A stretch of DNA of 38,398 nt from Candidatus Limnocylindrales bacterium. GTDB taxonomy: Bacteria > Chloroflexota > Limnocylindria > Limnocylindrales > CSP1-4. The position numbers were made by a program, and so were the translations under genes. The DNA lies in NCBI GenBank assembly GCA_036391495.1, contig DASVZT010000063.1:1-38398 (forward strand), given 5' to 3'. Below the pieces are notes generated by a model, which ran no database searches, was not told the DNA's origin, and saw only the letters and a list, made by a program, of their open reading frames with translations. Below are positions 34,830 to 38,398 of this stretch, in pieces. Positions within the stretch are counted from its first letter, which is position 1; each line of letters starts with the position of its first letter.

Positions 34830-35702
34830 ATGCCTCGTCGACTGGCCGACCTCCCGAGCGACCAGCGCGCCGCGATCGTCGCGCTCCTCCGCGCGCCGAC
34901 GTTCGAGCTCATCCCGCTCAAGAACGCCCACGAGCAGGCGGCCTTCCTGCCGGACGGCTCGCTCGTCTCGGTGACGGCGTCGCCGGCGAAGGGAATCGAG
35001 GCGACCGTCGAGCTTGCCGAGCAGCTGGCGTCCGTCGGTCACCGCCCCGTCGTCCACCTCTCGGCGCGGATGATCCGCGACCGCGCCCACCTCCGGGCGC
35101 TGCTCGATCGCCTCGCGGCCGGGGGCCTCGACCGCGCCTTCGTCGTCGGCGGCGACGCGGACGTGCCAGGCGAGTTCCGCGACGCCCTGTCGCTGCTGCG
35201 CGCGATGGCCGAGATGGGGCACGCGCTGCGGGAGATCGGCATCGGCTGCTACCCCGACGGCCACCCCGACATCCCCGACGACGCACTCGTGGGCGCCCTC
35301 CACGCCAAGGCGCCGTACGCAAGCTACATGACGACGCAGATGTGCTTCGACCCGCGCAAGATCGGCGGGTTCATCGCGGCGCGCCGATCCGAGGGCATCG
35401 CCCTCCCGGTCCATCTCGGTCTGCCAGGCGTCGCCGAGGTTGCCAAACTGGCGCTCATCTCGGCACGGATCGGGGTCAAGGATTCGAAGCGGTTCATGCG
35501 CAAGAACGTGCGCCTCGTCGGCCAGCTCGTCCGGCCGGGCGGCTACCGCCCCGATGGGCTGCTCGAGTCGCTCGGGGATGTCCTCGCCGACCCGACGGCG
35601 AGGGTCGACGATCTCCACGTGTACACGTTCAACCAGGTCGAGACGACCGAGGAGTGGCGGCGCGGCTACCTGCGCGCGCTGCGCGAGGAGGACCAGGCAT
35701 GA
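34830..35702 (+). CDS. metF: Methylenetetrahydrofolate reductase family protein
   Basis: FELIPLKN, VSVTASP, the HLSAR region, VVGGD, IGCYPDGHP and the MTTQMCFD region resemble the MTHFR (PF02219-type) TIM barrel. Confidence 0.75.
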   Translation: MPRRLADLPSDQRAAIVALLRAPTFELIPLKNAHEQAAFLPDGSLVSVTASPAKGIEATVELAEQLASVGHRPVVHLSARMIRDRAHLRALLDRLAAGGLDRAFVVGGDADVPGEFRDALSLLRAMAEMGHALREIGIGCYPDGHPDIPDDALVGALHAKAPYASYMTTQMCFDPRKIGGFIAARRSEGIALPVHLGLPGVAEVAKLALISARIGVKDSKRFMRKNVRLVGQLVRPGGYRPDGLLESLGDVLADPTARVDDLHVYTFNQVETTEEWRRGYLRALREEDQA

Positions 35703-36199
35703 GCGGAGATGGCGACAACGGGAGCGGGATCGGCGCCCGACCGAACCGCGCGGCGGTCGTCGAGCGCCTGGCGTCCGCGCCTGAGCGCCTGGAGACGGCT
35801 GCCCGACTGGCGGCGGTCGCCGTCGCCGCGGCGGGCGGGACCGGGGGCGAATGGAGCCCCGTCGAGAACGTCCGCCACCTCATCGCCGTCGAGGGCGCCG
35901 TCTGGCACGGCCGTTTGCGGGCCCTCGAGCTGGCCGAGCCCGGTATCGAGCCGCGCTGGGCATGGGCCGAGCCGACATTCGACGACGGACCGGCCGACCG
36001 TTCGCTCGAGGAGGTGCTGGCGACCTTCGCCGGGCGGCGGTTCGCGACGATCGCGATGCTCGCGGCGCTCGACGACGCGGGCTGGGCCCGAACGGGGATC
36101 CACGCGACCTATGGCCGCCTCGACGTATCCGGGCTCATGCGGACGGCGGCCGACCACGACGACGAGCACATCGAGACCCTGAAGAGACTCGGGCGCTGA
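35699..36199 (+). CDS. DinB-superfamily (DinB_2-like) protein
   Basis: ATG 35699 overlaps the MTHFR stop (ATGA). His residues are spaced as in DinB four-helix bundles (NVRHLIAVE...WHG...DHDDEHIETL). Confidence 0.55.
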   Translation: MSGDGDNGSGIGARPNRAAVVERLASAPERLETAARLAAVAVAAAGGTGGEWSPVENVRHLIAVEGAVWHGRLRALELAEPGIEPRWAWAEPTFDDGPADRSLEEVLATFAGRRFATIAMLAALDDAGWARTGIHATYGRLDVSGLMRTAADHDDEHIETLKRLGR

Positions 36200-36247
36200 C
36201 GCGTCCCGATTCGCCCGGCGCCTGCGGCGAGGGACGGAGGACGCCCG

Positions 36248-37048
36248 TCAGCCGCCCGACCCCGTCGTCGACTCCGATGTCGGGGTGGTCTCGGGCGTGG
36301 CGGCCGGCGTGGCGCTCGGCTCCGGGCTGTGCGACGCGTCCGGCGTCTCGGTCGGGCGAGGCGATCGCGTCGGGCTCGGGCTGGCCGTAAGGCGATTGGT
36401 CGGGCGCGGGGCGGCAGGCGTCGCGGCCGGCGTGGCCGGCGTGGCCGTCCGACTCGGTGCCGTGGTCGCTGCGGTCGCCGGCGCCGAGCTTGGCGAGGGC
36501 TCATTCGACTCCGACGGCAAGGCGGACGCCCCATCCGTCGTGAGCGATCCGGGCGCGATCGACGGACCGACGGGCGCCGACGGCGCGCCGCCCACGGCCG
36601 GTCTTCCATCACGGAACCCACCCACGAGGGACAGCCCGCCGACGCCGCCCAGGGCGCCGAGCCCGACGGCGGCCACGAGCACGGCCACCAGCGCCAGCGC
36701 CGGGAGGCGGACCGCGAACGGGCGCCCCGGACCGACGGCCACGCGGAACGCATCGCCGATGGCGGCGACGATCGCGGGGAGCCGCCGGACCAGGCCCTCG
36801 CCCCCGAGCCCGCGCAGCGCGACGGTCGGGGCGGGCAGCGGCTCGGTCGCGACGGCGGCCATGATGCGATCGACGAACGCGGGATCGATTCGAGCCGAGG
36901 CTCCGCGGACGCCCTCGATGGCGACACGCTCGAGCTCGCGGGCGACGTCGAGCGGCGCCGGGGACGCGGCGAGATCCTCGCCCGCGTCGACCTCCGACGG
37001 ACGGAACGGACCGGGCCGCGACGCGGCGCGGCGCTCGCGCTCGCTCAT
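36248..37048 (-). CDS. Putative anti-sigma / membrane protein with a Pro/Thr/Ser-rich exterior tail
   Basis: ATG 37048 overlaps the sigma-factor stop (ATGA). One TM segment (LPALALVAVLVAAVGLGALGGVGGL). No zf-HC2 motif seen. Confidence 0.55.
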   Translation of the reverse strand: MSERERRAASRPGPFRPSEVDAGEDLAASPAPLDVARELERVAIEGVRGASARIDPAFVDRIMAAVATEPLPAPTVALRGLGGEGLVRRLPAIVAAIGDAFRVAVGPGRPFAVRLPALALVAVLVAAVGLGALGGVGGLSLVGGFRDGRPAVGGAPSAPVGPSIAPGSLTTDGASALPSESNEPSPSSAPATAATTAPSRTATPATPAATPAAPRPTNRLTASPSPTRSPRPTETPDASHSPEPSATPAATPETTPTSESTTGSGG

Positions 37049-37587
37049 CGCCGGACCTCGGTCACCCTGATTGCGGGCCGGCCGGCGCCGGCGGTGCCGG
37101 TCTCCTGTTCGGCCAGGACGTCGCGCAGACGGAGGAGGCCACGTCGCAGGTGGGTCTTGACCGTCGGCAGCGGGCGCTCCACGACGCGGGCGATCTCGAG
37201 GAGGGACAGCTCCCCGAAGAAGCGGAGGGCGACGACCTCGCGGTACGGGTCGTCGAGCCGGGCGACGGCCGAGCGGACCTCCCGCGCCCGCTCCGAGCGG
37301 AGCACGATGGAGGCCGGGTCGAAGGCGCCGGACGAGGCCGGGGACGCCGGGGACGGAGTCGGCGCACCCGGCTCGTCGGTCTCGAGCGGGGCGAGCCAGC
37401 CGATCGATCGACGTCGTGCCGCCGTCCGCAGCGCGATCCGCACGGCGATGCGGGTCAGCCAGGCGCCGAAGGGCCCTTCGCCGCGCCACGAGGGCAGCGC
37501 CCGGTAGGCGGTCACGAACGCCTCCTGGGCGGCATCCTCCGCCTCGTGACGGTCGCCGAGCACGCGGAAGCAGGCACGGACGACCAT
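37045..37587 (-). CDS. ECF-family sigma factor (annotated from the first canonical start; conserved region 2 continues upstream)
   Basis: DAAQEAFVTAYRAL...AWLTRIAVRIAL (region 2) and DDPYREVVALRFFGELSLLEIARVVERPLPTVKTHLRRG (region 4). The upstream in-frame translation ...RRAVEAVLRGDREAFRVLVERESG is also sigma-like but contains no ATG/GTG/TTG. Confidence 0.75.
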   Translation of the reverse strand: MVVRACFRVLGDRHEAEDAAQEAFVTAYRALPSWRGEGPFGAWLTRIAVRIALRTAARRRSIGWLAPLETDEPGAPTPSPASPASSGAFDPASIVLRSERAREVRSAVARLDDPYREVVALRFFGELSLLEIARVVERPLPTVKTHLRRGLLRLRDVLAEQETGTAGAGRPAIRVTEVRR

Positions 37588-37826
37588 CCCCGATTCACGC
37601 TCGACGAGGACCCGGAACGCCTCGCGATCGCCACGCAGGACGGCCTCGACCGCTCGCCGCGCCTCGTCGTCGGACGGGGCAGCGGCGAGGGCCGGGACCT
37701 CCTGGGTTCCTTCGCGCTCGCGCTCGATCGGTCGGGCCTCGCTTGGGCGGTCGAGAGGTGCCCGGGACGGGCGACGGACATCATCGCCGCCGATCCGCCG
37801 GGAGCGCTAGAGGACGTTCGGGCCCG

Positions 37827-38381
37827 TCAGTCTCCCTCGCCGGTACCGGAGCCGTCGCTGCCGCCCTGGCTGCCCTGGCCGCCGTCGTGCTCGCCGCCGG
37901 AGTGGTCGCCACTCGTCCCGGCGGTCGCCTCGGGCGTCTCTGTCGCCTCGGGCGTCTCTGTCGCCTCGGGCGTCTCGGTCGCCTCGGGCGTCTCGGTCGG
38001 CTCGGCCGTCTCGGCGGCCTTCGGCTGATCGGTCTCGTTGGCGTCGTCACCCTGGGCGTCCTCGCCCTGCGCCTCGTCGCCCTGGGCGTCCTCGCCCTGC
38101 GACGTCCCGGCGGTGACCTCGGTCAGCGTGATGCCGCTCGTCGCGTCCTCGGCGGCGGTCCCGGAGGTCGCCTCGGGCGTCTCCGACGGCTCGACCGTCT
38201 CGTCCGGCTCGGTCCCACTCGTCGACTCGATGCCGCTCGTCGCGTCGGCGTTGGTGACATGCAGGAGGCCGGGCGAGGGCCGGTCGTGGAGGATCGCGTC
38301 GGCGCCGAACGCCACCCCGACGACGAACAGCCCGGCCACGCCGGCCGCCCCGATACCCCCGATGAGACGTGTCTTGTCCAC
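37827..38381 (-). CDS. Membrane-anchored or secreted, highly acidic tandem-repeat protein
   Basis: ATG ORF. N-terminal TM/signal segment (IGGIGAAGVAGLFVVGVAFG), then (TETPEA)n and (GEDAQGDEAQ)n repeats. Confidence 0.55.
   Translation of the reverse strand: MDKTRLIGGIGAAGVAGLFVVGVAFGADAILHDRPSPGLLHVTNADATSGIESTSGTEPDETVEPSETPEATSGTAAEDATSGITLTEVTAGTSQGEDAQGDEAQGEDAQGDDANETDQPKAAETAEPTETPEATETPEATETPEATETPEATAGTSGDHSGGEHDGGQGSQGGSDGSGTGEGD
37924..38013. repeat. 18-bp tandem repeat (gtcgcctcgggcgtctc[tg]), 5 copies, coding for TETPEA
   Basis: Copies at 37924, 37942, 37960, 37978 and 37996. Confidence 0.9.
38045..38100. repeat. 30-bp tandem repeat, 2 copies, coding for GEDAQGDEAQ
   Basis: Exact 20-mer cctgggcgtcctcgccctgc at 38051 and 38081. 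Confidence 0.85.
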
Positions 38382-38398
38382 GATGCCCTTCCGATCAC

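Overview
This is a very G+C-rich bacterial chromosomal window, Actinomycetota- or Chloroflexota-like by gene content, though the lineage cannot be assigned from sequence alone. It is densely coded, and most neighbouring genes share 1-4 nt start/stop overlaps (ATGA/GTGA). Order of content: (1) xthA, a PPOX-family protein, a beta-CASP metallo-beta-lactamase and a YczE-like membrane protein. (2) A fused heme A synthase/heme O synthase gene (ctaA-ctaB), divergent from a thioredoxin-fold lipoprotein. (3) A minus-strand pyrimidine operon, pyrR-pyrB-pyrC-[3 unknown genes]-pyrK-pyrD-pyrE-lipoprotein, with a PyrR-binding leader; carAB and pyrF are absent. (4) An RlpA-like protein and a DUF4143 AAA ATPase preceded by four phased 23-bp repeats. 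(5) An ECF sigma/anti-sigma pair, then lipB coupled to a GalT-like gene, a metallophosphoesterase and an APC permease. (6) The most interesting locus: an IclR-controlled operon encoding a complete non-pyrrolysine MttB-family corrinoid methyl-transfer system. It comprises the corrinoid protein, DUF1638, a 'virulence-factor'-family protein, methyl-THF:corrinoid methyltransferase, a RamA-like activase, an MttB homolog, MTHFR and DinB. (7) A second ECF sigma/anti-sigma pair and an acidic repeat protein. GC-rich minisatellites are pervasive, including in-frame insertions in housekeeping enzymes. Two intergenic gaps hold about 200-240 nt stretches with strong nested base-pairing potential (candidate ncRNAs). 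All family assignments come from reading motifs by eye; no database searches were run.
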